From a virus (Duplodnaviria > Caudoviricetes), in the IMG/VR virus record IMGVR_UViG_3300017644_000058, positions 1 through 40,702 of that record: 40,702 nt of DNA. One strand, given 5' to 3'. Shown piece by piece: positions 1 to 8,073 of the stretch. Below the pieces are notes generated by a model, which saw only the letters and a program-made list of their open reading frames with translations, was not told where the DNA came from and ran no database searches. Both the position numbers and the translations under genes were made by a program. Every line of letters starts with the position of its first letter. The stretch's first letter is position 1.

Positions 1-588
1 CGGCGTCGGGATCTCGTCGATGACATTCCATCGCATCGTCGCGCCGAGTGCCGAGGCCTCGCGGGCGAAGGCCCTAGCCAACTGGCGCTTCGGCGCAAGA
101 AAGGCGCCCATGAACTCGTCGGCGCGCCATTCCCGCCAGTCGATCGGCGCGTCCTTGGCAGGCGCTTTCAAACCACTCCGAAAGGCGCGTGCGCTTCCCG
201 CCGTCAGGGCCGCCGGCATGTCGAACACCGCATGTCCGAGCTCATGGACGGCGGTCGAACGCAACAGCTCCGGCTGATCCTGCAAGACCTCGCCATTCAG
301 GCTGATCATGATCGTGCTAGGTTCGGCGGGATCGTGCTCGCAAACGCCGAGTACGGCCTCGCCGCCGTCATCGTGCACCGGGTGGTCGATGTCCCAGGCG
401 ACGTTGAGCACCCGCCCGTTGACCCGCAGCTGCTTTGTCCGGCGCATCAGGGCGTCAACATCGAGCGGTCGGGCGACCACACCGGCAAGCCGCTGCCGTA
501 GTGCCGCCGCCACCGCGCCCACGGTCTTCGCCGCCAAGCGCCTCGGTTCGCCCGAGGCAAAGCAGGGATATTCAACCTGAACCACCAT
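1..588 (-). CDS. ImmA/IrrE-family Zn metallopeptidase (probable anti-repressor), 3' end runs off the window
   Basis: Not in the ORF track; translated by hand from ATG at 588 (GGAGG upstream): MVVQVEYPCFASGEPRRL...STAVHELGHAVFDMP...WREWRADEFMGAFLAP. Contains HExxH (HELGH) and the downstream E-x-x-A-D-x-F-x-x-x-x-L-x-P motif typical of ImmA/IrrE; open to position 1. Confidence 0.85.
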   Translation of the reverse strand, partial: MVVQVEYPCFASGEPRRLAAKTVGAVAAALRQRLAGVVARPLDVDALMRRTKQLRVNGRVLNVAWDIDHPVHDDGGEAVLGVCEHDPAEPSTIMISLNGEVLQDQPELLRSTAVHELGHAVFDMPAALTAGSARAFRSGLKAPAKDAPIDWREWRADEFMGAFLAPKRQLARAFAREASALGATMRWNVIDEIPTP

Positions 589-626
589 TCCTCGGGCCTC
601 CCGTTGACCATTCGCTTAACAGCAAT

Positions 627-641
627 GTTCTTCATATGTTC
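627..641. promoter_or_regulatory. Alphaproteobacterial LexA (SOS) box GTTC-N7-GTTC
   Basis: GTTC ttcatat GTTC, exact consensus with an AT-rich spacer, 39-53 bp upstream of the ImmA-like start codon. Confidence 0.75.
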
Positions 642-765
642 TTGCGCCCTGGGAGTCGAGTCCTTTTTGCCGGTTTCCGCCGGATTTGAACCCGATGCGA
701 AAGTCAGCAGCGCTGCGGCCGTTCTATCCTGCTGATTCTGCTTGAAATTCGACCAACGCCCGGCG

Positions 766-819
766 TTTCCGCCGGTTTCGGCCCCTTTCCGCCTCCGGAC
801 TCGGGTGCCTTCCGTGATG
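766..819 (+). promoter_or_regulatory. Three phased TTTC(C/G)GCC direct repeats + 19 nt + CGTGATG; candidate regulated promoter of the early operon
   Basis: Repeats at 766, 776 and 786 (10-bp period), CGTGATG at 813-819; the same architecture recurs at 31559-31612. Confidence 0.6.
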
Positions 820-862
820 CCATTCGTCTGCATCGGTCATCGCATGACGAAGGCAAGATTTC

Positions 863-1120
863 ATGGAAGGTCAACGTCAAGACCCCTCAACCGAACCGGC
901 CGGCCTTCTCGAAGGCTGGCTCACCCGAGCTGAAGTCGCCGCGCAAATCGGGGTCTCGTCCGACACGCTCGCTCGCTGGGAAACCCGGCGCATCGGTCCG
1001 CCCTGCGTGCGGATCGGCCGGAAGGTCCTCTACCGCGCCGAGGCGTTTCGTGACTGGCTAACCTCGCGCGAACACGGCCCGATCGGCGGCAGGGCGTCTC
1101 ATGCGGGAGGCGCACGATGA
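863..1120 (+). CDS. AlpA/excisionase-like helix-turn-helix DNA-binding protein
   Basis: WLTRAEVAAQIGVSSDTLARWETRRIGPPCVRIGRKVLYRAEAFRDWL is the typical HTH_17/AlpA pattern; first gene of the rightward operon. Confidence 0.85.
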   Translation: MEGQRQDPSTEPAGLLEGWLTRAEVAAQIGVSSDTLARWETRRIGPPCVRIGRKVLYRAEAFRDWLTSREHGPIGGRASHAGGAR

Positions 1121-1383
1121 CTGCGCTGCCCGTCACCGGTGGCCGCGAGGCGCGCGCGCTCGCGGCCAACGCGGTGTTGCTCTCCTATTTCGAGCGCTTC
1201 GGCAAATTCCCTTCCGACCAGGACCGTCTCTGGCAGCTCGATCCGTTCGATCGGCTCGATCTGATCGGCGACATCGAACTGAAGCTCGGCGCGGCGTTTC
1301 GCGACGCCGACATTGAATTCCTCGAGGACGCCGACGATCTGGTTCACCGCGCCGCGCTGGTGCTGATGAGGGCGCGCCGATGA
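1117..1383 (+). CDS. Small acyl-carrier-protein-like protein lacking the phosphopantetheinylated Ser
   Basis: ATGA overlaps on both sides; LDPFDRLDLIGDIELKLGAAFRDADIEFLEDADDLV aligns without gaps to ACP helix II-III ([36 protein letters not shown]). Confidence 0.6.
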   Translation: MTALPVTGGREARALAANAVLLSYFERFGKFPSDQDRLWQLDPFDRLDLIGDIELKLGAAFRDADIEFLEDADDLVHRAALVLMRARR

Positions 1384-2159
1384 CCAATTCTTTTGAACGT
1401 CACGGCATCGAGCATCTCTCGGCATCATCGCTCAACCTCTGGGCCGCGCAGCCGGCCTTGTGGATCATGGAGCGGCTTCTCGGCCGGCGAACGCCGCCCG
1501 GCATCCCCGCCGCGCGCGGCAAGGCCGTCGAGCACGGTGTTCACCTCGGGCTCACCAATCCGCGCCTCTCGATCGAGGAATGCATTGAAGGCGCCGAGCG
1601 CGAGTTCATCCGGCAGACGGCGCTCAGCACCGATCCGCGCCGCGAAGACGAGCGCAAGAAGCTCGCGGGCTGGGTCCGCGGCGCGCTTTCCGAACTGAAG
1701 CAATACGGCACGCCGGACGGCTATCAGGAGAAGATCGAAGTCCGCCTCGACGACGTGGCCGTTCCGCTGATCGGCTACATCGATTGGCGCTTTTCCGATC
1801 ATGGTCTGATCGTCGATCTCAAGACGACGGAGCGATTCCCGTCACAGATCGGCGACGCGCATGGGCGGCAAGGCGCCGTCTATGCATCCGCGCACGGCAA
1901 TTTCGGGATGCGCTTCGCCTACGCGAAGCCCGCGCCGGGCAAGACCGACAAGCGCCAGGTCACGGTCTACGAGATGTCCGGCGATGACATCGGCCGCCAT
2001 CTGTCGGCGCTGCGCACCATCGCGCTCTCGCTCGGCCGCTTTCTCGCAATCTCGGATGACTCACGCGAACTCGCGGGCCTGATCGTCCCCGACTTCGATG
2101 CTTTCTGGTGGTCCGACCCGTCCGCGCGCGCCGCGGGCCGGGAGGTCTTCGGCTTCTGA
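1380..2159 (+). CDS. PD-(D/E)XK exonuclease (RecB/Cas4-like phage nuclease)
   Basis: HLSASSLN, RGKAVEHG, GYID...IVDLKT and Q-x-x-x-Y motifs. Confidence 0.8.
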   Translation: MTNSFERHGIEHLSASSLNLWAAQPALWIMERLLGRRTPPGIPAARGKAVEHGVHLGLTNPRLSIEECIEGAEREFIRQTALSTDPRREDERKKLAGWVRGALSELKQYGTPDGYQEKIEVRLDDVAVPLIGYIDWRFSDHGLIVDLKTTERFPSQIGDAHGRQGAVYASAHGNFGMRFAYAKPAPGKTDKRQVTVYEMSGDDIGRHLSALRTIALSLGRFLAISDDSRELAGLIVPDFDAFWWSDPSARAAGREVFGF

Positions 2160-2190
2160 ATCAAACCTTCAACGCGAAAGGAGAAACCCA

Positions 2191-2817
2191 ATGGGTCTCA
2201 ACATCGGTGGTTCCGGCACGATCAAGCCTTATGTCAAATACAATGCCAAGGCGGACAAGTGGTTCGTTCGCTCGCCGGAAGGCGGCGATCAGGAAATCAC
2301 CCGCCCGACCTTCCTGCTCGACCTCAAGAACATCCGAACCGGATGGCTTCGCTTCCGCGAAGGGCAAGCACCTGAGCGCGTGATCGATCCGTCGCTCGAT
2401 CGTGCGGCGCCAAGTCCCGGTGAGGATTTCAAGCGCGGCTTCGTGGTTGCCGCCTACAGCCCGAAATTCTTCGGCGGCGCGGTCGAGTTCTCCTCGGCAT
2501 CGATCCATCTGTCGAATGCAATCCGCGAGCTCTATGCCGCATTCGAGGAACAGGGCGCGAAGCCCGAGAACCGCGGCAAGGTACCGGTCGTGTCGTGCTC
2601 CGGCTCCGAGCCGATGAAGGACAAGTACGGCACCAACTATCGGCCCAAGCTCGACATCGTGAACTGGGTCGATCGCCCCGACGATCTGCCGGACGAAAGT
2701 CCGGTTGAGGAAGCCGATGTTTGGAAGGGCGCTGCGCCGGCGGCGAAGCCCGCCCAGCACGTGCCGCCTCCCGCCGCAAAGGCCGCGGCCGAGCCGCTCG
2801 CCGAACCGCTGTTCTGA
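2191..2817 (+). CDS. Phage replication protein, probable ssDNA-binding/annealing protein
   Basis: AGGAGA SD before ATG 2191; lies between the exonuclease and primase; aromatic-rich body and a low-complexity Pro/Ala tail ending EPLF. Function inferred from position. Confidence 0.55.
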   Translation: MGLNIGGSGTIKPYVKYNAKADKWFVRSPEGGDQEITRPTFLLDLKNIRTGWLRFREGQAPERVIDPSLDRAAPSPGEDFKRGFVVAAYSPKFFGGAVEFSSASIHLSNAIRELYAAFEEQGAKPENRGKVPVVSCSGSEPMKDKYGTNYRPKLDIVNWVDRPDDLPDESPVEEADVWKGAAPAAKPAQHVPPPAAKAAAEPLAEPLF

Positions 2818-5051
2818 TGGAACGCGCCGGCGAGCTTCGGCTCGCCGGCCGGTCCGCGAGCGCTCCAATGGAAGCTTCGAACGTCCAGCCCATGATCGAG
2901 CCCGATGCCGAGCAGATGCGCCGTCATGTGGCCCATCTGTTCGAAGGCTTTCTCGATGGCTGCCACGAAGGACGGATAGAGCTTGCCTGGACGGACGGCC
3001 GCGACGGGCGGCTACGCCACGCGGCGATCTTCGGCACCGACCAGCTCGATGAATTGGTCGAACGTGCGCTCGCGGAGAATCGTAGGCCGGGGCAGAACGT
3101 CTATATCGGCCAGGCGCTTCGCAAGCCTGACATCCCACCGTTCGGGCGCTGCAAGGACGAAGACTTCCTCGCCCTCACCACCTTTTATGTCGATATCGAC
3201 GACGATACGACCGCAACTGCGGTGACGAGCTATCGCCACCGCGGTTGCCCGCCCACGGGCGTCGTGGTCACCGGTCGCCAGCCGCATATGCGCGCCCAGA
3301 TGCTGTGGCGGCTCAATCGCCCCGAGCGCGACCCGCACGCCTGCCGCATTCAAAACCTCGCGCTCGCGGACGCGCTCGGCGGCGACACAACCGTGGTCAA
3401 TCCGAGTCGTGTCATGCGACTCGGCGGCTCGATCGCTTGGCCGGTGAAGGAAGGGCGCGTCATCGAGCGTACGGATTTCCTGACGTTCGACGACGGTCGC
3501 CCGAAAGCGTATCTGCCCGAGCAGATCGCCAAGGCATTTCCGCCGGCTCAAGCGCCGCTTCGTCCCGCGCCCGAGCGCGCAGCGGCGGTTGATGTGAGCG
3601 CGGAAGCCGCCGAAGCGCCTCGCCCCTCACATGCATCGCTGCAGATCGGTTCGAGCCAGGTTTCCGTCGAAACCTGCCTTGCGCGGGTGCGTGCCGGCGA
3701 TCACTGGCACGACAACCTCGTCCGCCTCACGGGGCACTGGATCGCCCGCGGCTGGTCCGACGCGGAAATCCTATCGGCGGCGGAAACGCTGACGCTTCCC
3801 GGCTACACGATCGCGCAGACCCGTCGCGAGATTGGCTCGATGATCGCCGGCGGGCGCCGGAAGTGGGGCATCGAGAACCCTGAACATGCCGTCGATGACA
3901 AGCCCGCACCCGGCATCGATCTCCTGCAATGGACAGCAGACCGCTACGCCGGCGAAGCACGTCCGATAAGCTGGCTTTGCCGCGGCACAATCCCGCTCGG
4001 CATCGCGGCGCTGATCGCCGCCATGGGCGGCCTCGGCAAAAGCTATCTTGCCCTCGATCTCGCGCTTCAAATCGCCGCCGGCGTCGCGGGGCTCGAACAG
4101 CCGCGCAAGATTCTCGGGGGCCGGATCGCGATCGAAGGCACCGCGGTGGTGATCACGGCCGAGGACAGCTTCGATGCCGTGCACCGGCGGCTTAACCGCA
4201 TTGATCCCGACGCGCGCCGGTTGCGCCGTCCGAAGCGGTTGATCGTATTGCCGCTGCCGGACGCTGGCGGGCCGCGCCCTTTGATTGCCAACAACGGCAA
4301 GGCCCTCGCGCGGACGCCCTTCTTCGATGACCTCAAACGCCAGCTCATGCAATTGCCAGAGCTGCGGCTCGTCGTCGTCGACCCGTTGCAAGCTTTCGTC
4401 CTGGCGGACGTGAACGCCGATCCCGCCGCGGCGCAGTTCCTGTGGTCCGCTATGGCCGAGCTCGCCACCGCGACCGGCGCCACGATCCTGCTCACGCATC
4501 ACATGCGCAAGGACGGCATGCTCCGCATCGCCGACGGCGATGATGCGCGCGAGGCGATCCGCGGCACCACGGCGCTGGTTGACGGCGCGCGGCTCGCCTA
4601 CGCGCTTTGGAGGCTCGACGACGAGGCTGCGCGACCGATCTGCAACACGCTCCAGATCCCGTTTGAGCGCGGGCGCATCGTCCGTGGCGCAGTCGTCAAG
4701 GCAAACGATGAAGCCGACCACAACGCCCACACATACAAGCGCGAGGAAAGCGGACTGCTGGTCCAGCTCGAGGCAGAGCCAGGCGCCGGCGCCGAGCCAG
4801 AGTTCACGATGGCACAGGCGCGTGAGGTGCAGAAGGAGATCCAGCGGCGCTTCGATGAAGGTGATCCGTTCTCGCACTCACCCCGAGGTGCCGGGCGCTA
4901 CCTTGGTCACTACCTCGTCCAGCACGCCAGGATGACCCGAAAAGCTGCGGACGATCTCATCAAAGCCTGGATGAGCAATCGCGTCGTCACGGTCGACGTG
5001 AGCGATCGCAAGGCGAAGCTGAACGGGCTGAGGGTCGCGCAATGGCTCTGA
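2817..5051 (+). CDS. Primase-helicase fusion (RepB-like primase + RepA/AAA_25 SF4 helicase)
   Basis: N-terminal NVYIG, FYVDID, NPSRVMRLGGS; C-terminal Walker A AMGGLGKS, Walker B VVVDPL, THHMRK, IRGTTALVD. Start may be 2817 or 2868. Confidence 0.85.
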   Translation: MERAGELRLAGRSASAPMEASNVQPMIEPDAEQMRRHVAHLFEGFLDGCHEGRIELAWTDGRDGRLRHAAIFGTDQLDELVERALAENRRPGQNVYIGQALRKPDIPPFGRCKDEDFLALTTFYVDIDDDTTATAVTSYRHRGCPPTGVVVTGRQPHMRAQMLWRLNRPERDPHACRIQNLALADALGGDTTVVNPSRVMRLGGSIAWPVKEGRVIERTDFLTFDDGRPKAYLPEQIAKAFPPAQAPLRPAPERAAAVDVSAEAAEAPRPSHASLQIGSSQVSVETCLARVRAGDHWHDNLVRLTGHWIARGWSDAEILSAAETLTLPGYTIAQTRREIGSMIAGGRRKWGIENPEHAVDDKPAPGIDLLQWTADRYAGEARPISWLCRGTIPLGIAALIAAMGGLGKSYLALDLALQIAAGVAGLEQPRKILGGRIAIEGTAVVITAEDSFDAVHRRLNRIDPDARRLRRPKRLIVLPLPDAGGPRPLIANNGKALARTPFFDDLKRQLMQLPELRLVVVDPLQAFVLADVNADPAAAQFLWSAMAELATATGATILLTHHMRKDGMLRIADGDDAREAIRGTTALVDGARLAYALWRLDDEAARPICNTLQIPFERGRIVRGAVVKANDEADHNAHTYKREESGLLVQLEAEPGAGAEPEFTMAQAREVQKEIQRRFDEGDPFSHSPRGAGRYLGHYLVQHARMTRKAADDLIKAWMSNRVVTVDVSDRKAKLNGLRVAQWL

Positions 5052-5053
5052 AA

Positions 5054-5175
5054 ACGGCGGCGAAGACGGCGGCGACACCCTTCCTAAATCACTGATTTTG
5101 CTTGGCGGAGAAGAGGGCGGAGACGCGGAGACACCATGCATAACTCACTGAAAACAAAGCGGCGACGGGCGGGGA
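5054..5175. repeat. Short G-rich repeats and a palindrome after the primase; candidate replication origin
   Basis: ACGGCGGCGA x2 (5054, 5066), AAATCA-C-TGATTT (5086-5098), GCGGAGA x3 (5105, 5117, 5125). Confidence 0.35.
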
Positions 5176-5233
5176 GAAATATCCCCCGTACCCCCTGCGC
5201 GCGTCGCCGCCGGTGCGCGGCAGCTAGCGCGCC

Positions 5234-5806
5234 ATGGCTCAGGCTGGCGCCATGAGGCGCGCGACGCGAGCCTTGAGTCCGATCGCCGGCGCGATGGCGC
5301 CCTCGGCCTATCGCATCCAGGCGATGGTCGATGGACTCGACCAAGTGGCGCTTGCGATGGAGCGCAAGTGGGGCGTCGGTCGTCTTCGGCTGCTCGTTTC
5401 GGACTTCCTTCGAGCGAAATTCGACGAACAGAAGGATCGTCTCGACGCAGCGCTGCGCTCGGGCGAGGAGCGCTTCGTCGCCGCGCAAGTAGAAGGCACG
5501 CGGCGCGCCTGGGATGCGCTTGACCGCGCCGCTCACGAGGCCGGGGCGAAGCCGCTCGCGCCTCAGGTCTGGGAATGCGTCCTGCCTTCGACCGGCGAAA
5601 TCATCTCGCTCGTTCGCAGCGAGGACGAAGCGCACCACGTTGCGCGCGAAGGCCGCGTATTCACCACGGCCGAGATCGCGATCCTGATCGAGGCGCTCGG
5701 CGAGGACGTTCTCGCCGTGAAGCAGAAATTCCCCGGCGCGGCCGTCACCGGCATTCGCCGAAAAGCGCCGATCGACTGGTCGCGCGGAGATGAAATCCCG
5801 TTCTGA
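5234..5806 (+). CDS. Hypothetical phage protein ending in an SSB-like tail (GDEIPF)
   Basis: Coherent ORF in the operon (MERKWGVGRLRLLV...); start codon uncertain. Confidence 0.7.
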   Translation: MAQAGAMRRATRALSPIAGAMAPSAYRIQAMVDGLDQVALAMERKWGVGRLRLLVSDFLRAKFDEQKDRLDAALRSGEERFVAAQVEGTRRAWDALDRAAHEAGAKPLAPQVWECVLPSTGEIISLVRSEDEAHHVAREGRVFTTAEIAILIEALGEDVLAVKQKFPGAAVTGIRRKAPIDWSRGDEIPF

Positions 5807-5820
5807 AGTTTGGAGGACCC

Positions 5821-6351
5821 ATGCTCGCCGTAGCCTTTTCCGAACCAATTCAAACGCGACCGGCGGCGCGTGTCGCCACGCTTCCGCCGCGTGCGATCCT
5901 CGCGCTCGATCTCGGCTCGCGCTGCGGCTGGGCGGTGCTGCCCCGCTCGGGTCGCATCGCTTCTGGCGTGAACGAGTTTAAGCCGGGGCGTTTCGAAGGC
6001 GCCGGCATGGCGTTTCTCCGCTTCGAGCGCTTCCTGGCCGACGCGACTAATGCGTCCGGTCCATTCGGCGTCGTGGTGTTCGAAGAGGTCCGCGCGCACG
6101 CCGGCACCCTCGCGGCACAGGTTTATGGCGGCTTCCTCGCCCATCTCACCGCGTGGTGCGAGCGGCACGCCGTGCCCTATCTCGGCGTGCCGGTCGCGAC
6201 CATCAAGCGACATGCCACCGGCAAGGGAAACGCGTCGAAGGACGACGTGATCAAGGCCGTCCGAGCCCGCGGCCATGCGCCGAAGGACGACAACGAGGCC
6301 GATGCGCTCGCCGTCCTCGATTGGGCGATCTCCAACGGAATCGGAACATGA
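5821..6351 (+). CDS. RuvC-like Holliday junction resolvase
   Basis: ILALDLG, VVFEEV, TIKRHATGKGNASK, DDNEADALA; GGAGG SD. Confidence 0.88.
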   Translation: MLAVAFSEPIQTRPAARVATLPPRAILALDLGSRCGWAVLPRSGRIASGVNEFKPGRFEGAGMAFLRFERFLADATNASGPFGVVVFEEVRAHAGTLAAQVYGGFLAHLTAWCERHAVPYLGVPVATIKRHATGKGNASKDDVIKAVRARGHAPKDDNEADALAVLDWAISNGIGT

Positions 6352-6626
6352 GCATGGCCAGAGCAGAATTCTTCGACGAGCTCGCAGGCGTCCTCACCGA
6401 TCGCGAGGACCAATATGGCGCTCCCGCCAAGCTGTTCGACGAGATCGCGCGCATTTGGACCTTGATCTTGAGCTTCGAGGTCGAACCCGAGCAGGTCGCC
6501 TTGTGCATGATCGGCGTGAAGGTCGCGCGCCTCAGCCACAACTGGTCGCACGCCGACAGCATCAAGGATGTCGCCGGCTACGCCGCCATTCTCTCCCAAC
6601 TGGTCAGCGAGGCTCGCGCGAAATGA
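6348..6626 (+). CDS. DUF6378-like small phage protein
   Basis: DREDQYG...IARIW...VALCMIGVKVARL...HADSIKDVAGYAA; ATGA overlaps on both sides. Confidence 0.75.
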   Translation: MSMARAEFFDELAGVLTDREDQYGAPAKLFDEIARIWTLILSFEVEPEQVALCMIGVKVARLSHNWSHADSIKDVAGYAAILSQLVSEARAK

Positions 6627-7075
6627 AATACACGCCCAAGGACATCGAGGAACGATTCGAAGAAGCAGCTTCAACGCTCCGCCGCCTGCCCGACGCGCGT
6701 GTGCCAGGCTACTTCAGCACCTGGCCACCGATGATCCGAGCCGCCGCCGAAGCCTACGGCTACGATCCTGCGCGGATGCCGCGGATCGCACCGACGCCGC
6801 AGGCGATCAGCCGCATGGAAGAGACGTTCACGTGGCTGACTTGGCTTGAACCGGACGACGCGCGCATCGTGTGGCTGCGTGCCGAGGGCGTTCGCTGGAA
6901 GCCGATCTGCTGGCGTGTTGGCCTATCGCGCGCCGTCGCGTGGCGGCGGTGGGTTGCTTCGCTGATCACCATCGCAAACCGGCTCAATTCCAAGTACTTC
7001 GTGGGCATCAAGAAGGGCCGCAGGAAAGGCGTGGCCGCAACCATCGACGAAGCACGCCGCGAAGGCCTGCTTTAG
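6623..7075 (+). CDS. DUF6362-like protein with C-terminal HTH; possible late-gene regulator
   Basis: EERFEEAASTLRRLP...GYFSTWP...RMEETFTWL...IVWLRAEGVRWKPICWRVG; last early gene before the cos candidate. Confidence 0.7.
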   Translation: MKYTPKDIEERFEEAASTLRRLPDARVPGYFSTWPPMIRAAAEAYGYDPARMPRIAPTPQAISRMEETFTWLTWLEPDDARIVWLRAEGVRWKPICWRVGLSRAVAWRRWVASLITIANRLNSKYFVGIKKGRRKGVAATIDEARREGLL

Positions 7076-7188
7076 TCGTCGCATAAACCGCAACGCACGT
7101 CGAACTTTTGGCTTCAACAATGAAACGCTTTTCGGCATGTTTGCTGGCATGATCGCGGGACGCGCGCCCGCCCATCCCCGCCGGCCAT

Positions 7189-7231
7189 AGGTTCTTTTCG
7201 CCGCCGAGCGTATGCGGGCGGCAAAGGCGCG
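7189..7231 (+). other. Lambda-like cos candidate (cosQ-like + cosN-like)
   Basis: AGGTTCT (7189-7195; lambda cosQ is GGGTCCT), then GGGCGGCAAAGG-CGCG (7216-7231; lambda has GGGCGGCGACCT-CGCG); consistent with the GpA-type terminase. Confidence 0.6.
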
Positions 7232-7260
7232 ATCGAAATCTAGCGACAGCATGCAAATCC

Positions 7261-7304
7261 GGTTGCGCACCCTGGGTGCGCACCTTCGGGTGCGCGGGTG
7301 CGCA
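7261..7304. repeat. Four GG(G/T)TGCGC repeats; candidate cosB-like terminase-binding sites
   Basis: Copies at 7261, 7274, 7288 and 7296; the second contains the palindrome GGTGCGCACC. Confidence 0.5.
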
Positions 7305-7332
7305 TTGCCGCATCGAATCTTGGAGACATCGC

Positions 7333-8073
7333 TTGCAGATCGAGACCCGGCCGATCGAGCGGCTGATCCCCTACGTTCGCAATGCGCGGACGCATTCGGA
7401 GGATCAGATCGCGCAGATCGCCGCCTCGATCGCCGAGTTCGGCTTTGTCAATCCGGTGTTGATCGGCGCCGACGACATGATCGTCGCCGGCCACGGCCGC
7501 GTGCTCGCCGCAAAGCTTCTCGGCCTCGCCGAGGTGCCGGTGATCGTACTCGATCATCTGAGCGAAGCGCAGCGACGGGCGCTTGTGATCGCCGACAACC
7601 GGATCGCCGAGAACGCCGGCTGGGACGAGGCAATGCTTCGCGCCGAGCTCGCCGCGCTTCGCGACGATGAATTCGATCTCGACGTGCTCGGCTTCAGCGA
7701 CGACGATCTCTTGCACATCCTCGATTCCATCGACGGCGCCTCGCTCGGGGGCAAGGACGCCGATGCCTCCGGCACTCCTCGCGCCGGATCGTCGGCGTCC
7801 GAGCCGTCTGCCACATTGGCCGAACGGTTCGGGATTCCGCCCTTCAGCGTGCTCGATGCCCGCAAGGGCTGGTGGCAGGACCGCAAGCGCGCCTGGATCG
7901 ACCTCGGTATCCGCTCCGAGCTCGGGCGCGGCGCGGCTCCTGGCGGCAGCCCACGCCCGCTTGATCGCGAGCGGATCGCAAAGGCGGTGGCGCCAGGCGG
8001 TTCACCCTTGCCGGCGGCCGATTATTCCAAATCAAAGGCTCGCGGCGACGGGCGTGGCCGGCAATTGCCATGA
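7333..8073 (+). CDS. ParB/Srx N-terminal domain protein with a methyltransferase-associated C-terminal segment
   Basis: TTG start after GGAGA; LIPYVRNARTHS...EFGFVNPVLI...IVAGHGRVLAA...IADNRIAENAGWD; C-terminal LAERFGIPPFSVLDARKGWWQDRKRAW. Confidence 0.85.
   Translation: MQIETRPIERLIPYVRNARTHSEDQIAQIAASIAEFGFVNPVLIGADDMIVAGHGRVLAAKLLGLAEVPVIVLDHLSEAQRRALVIADNRIAENAGWDEAMLRAELAALRDDEFDLDVLGFSDDDLLHILDSIDGASLGGKDADASGTPRAGSSASEPSATLAERFGIPPFSVLDARKGWWQDRKRAWIDLGIRSELGRGAAPGGSPRPLDRERIAKAVAPGGSPLPAADYSKSKARGDGRGRQLP

Noticed and set aside
447-833. 128-aa minus-strand ORF as a possible repressor
   Set aside because: No HTH pattern; it overlaps the ImmA-like gene in another frame and spans the regulatory region.
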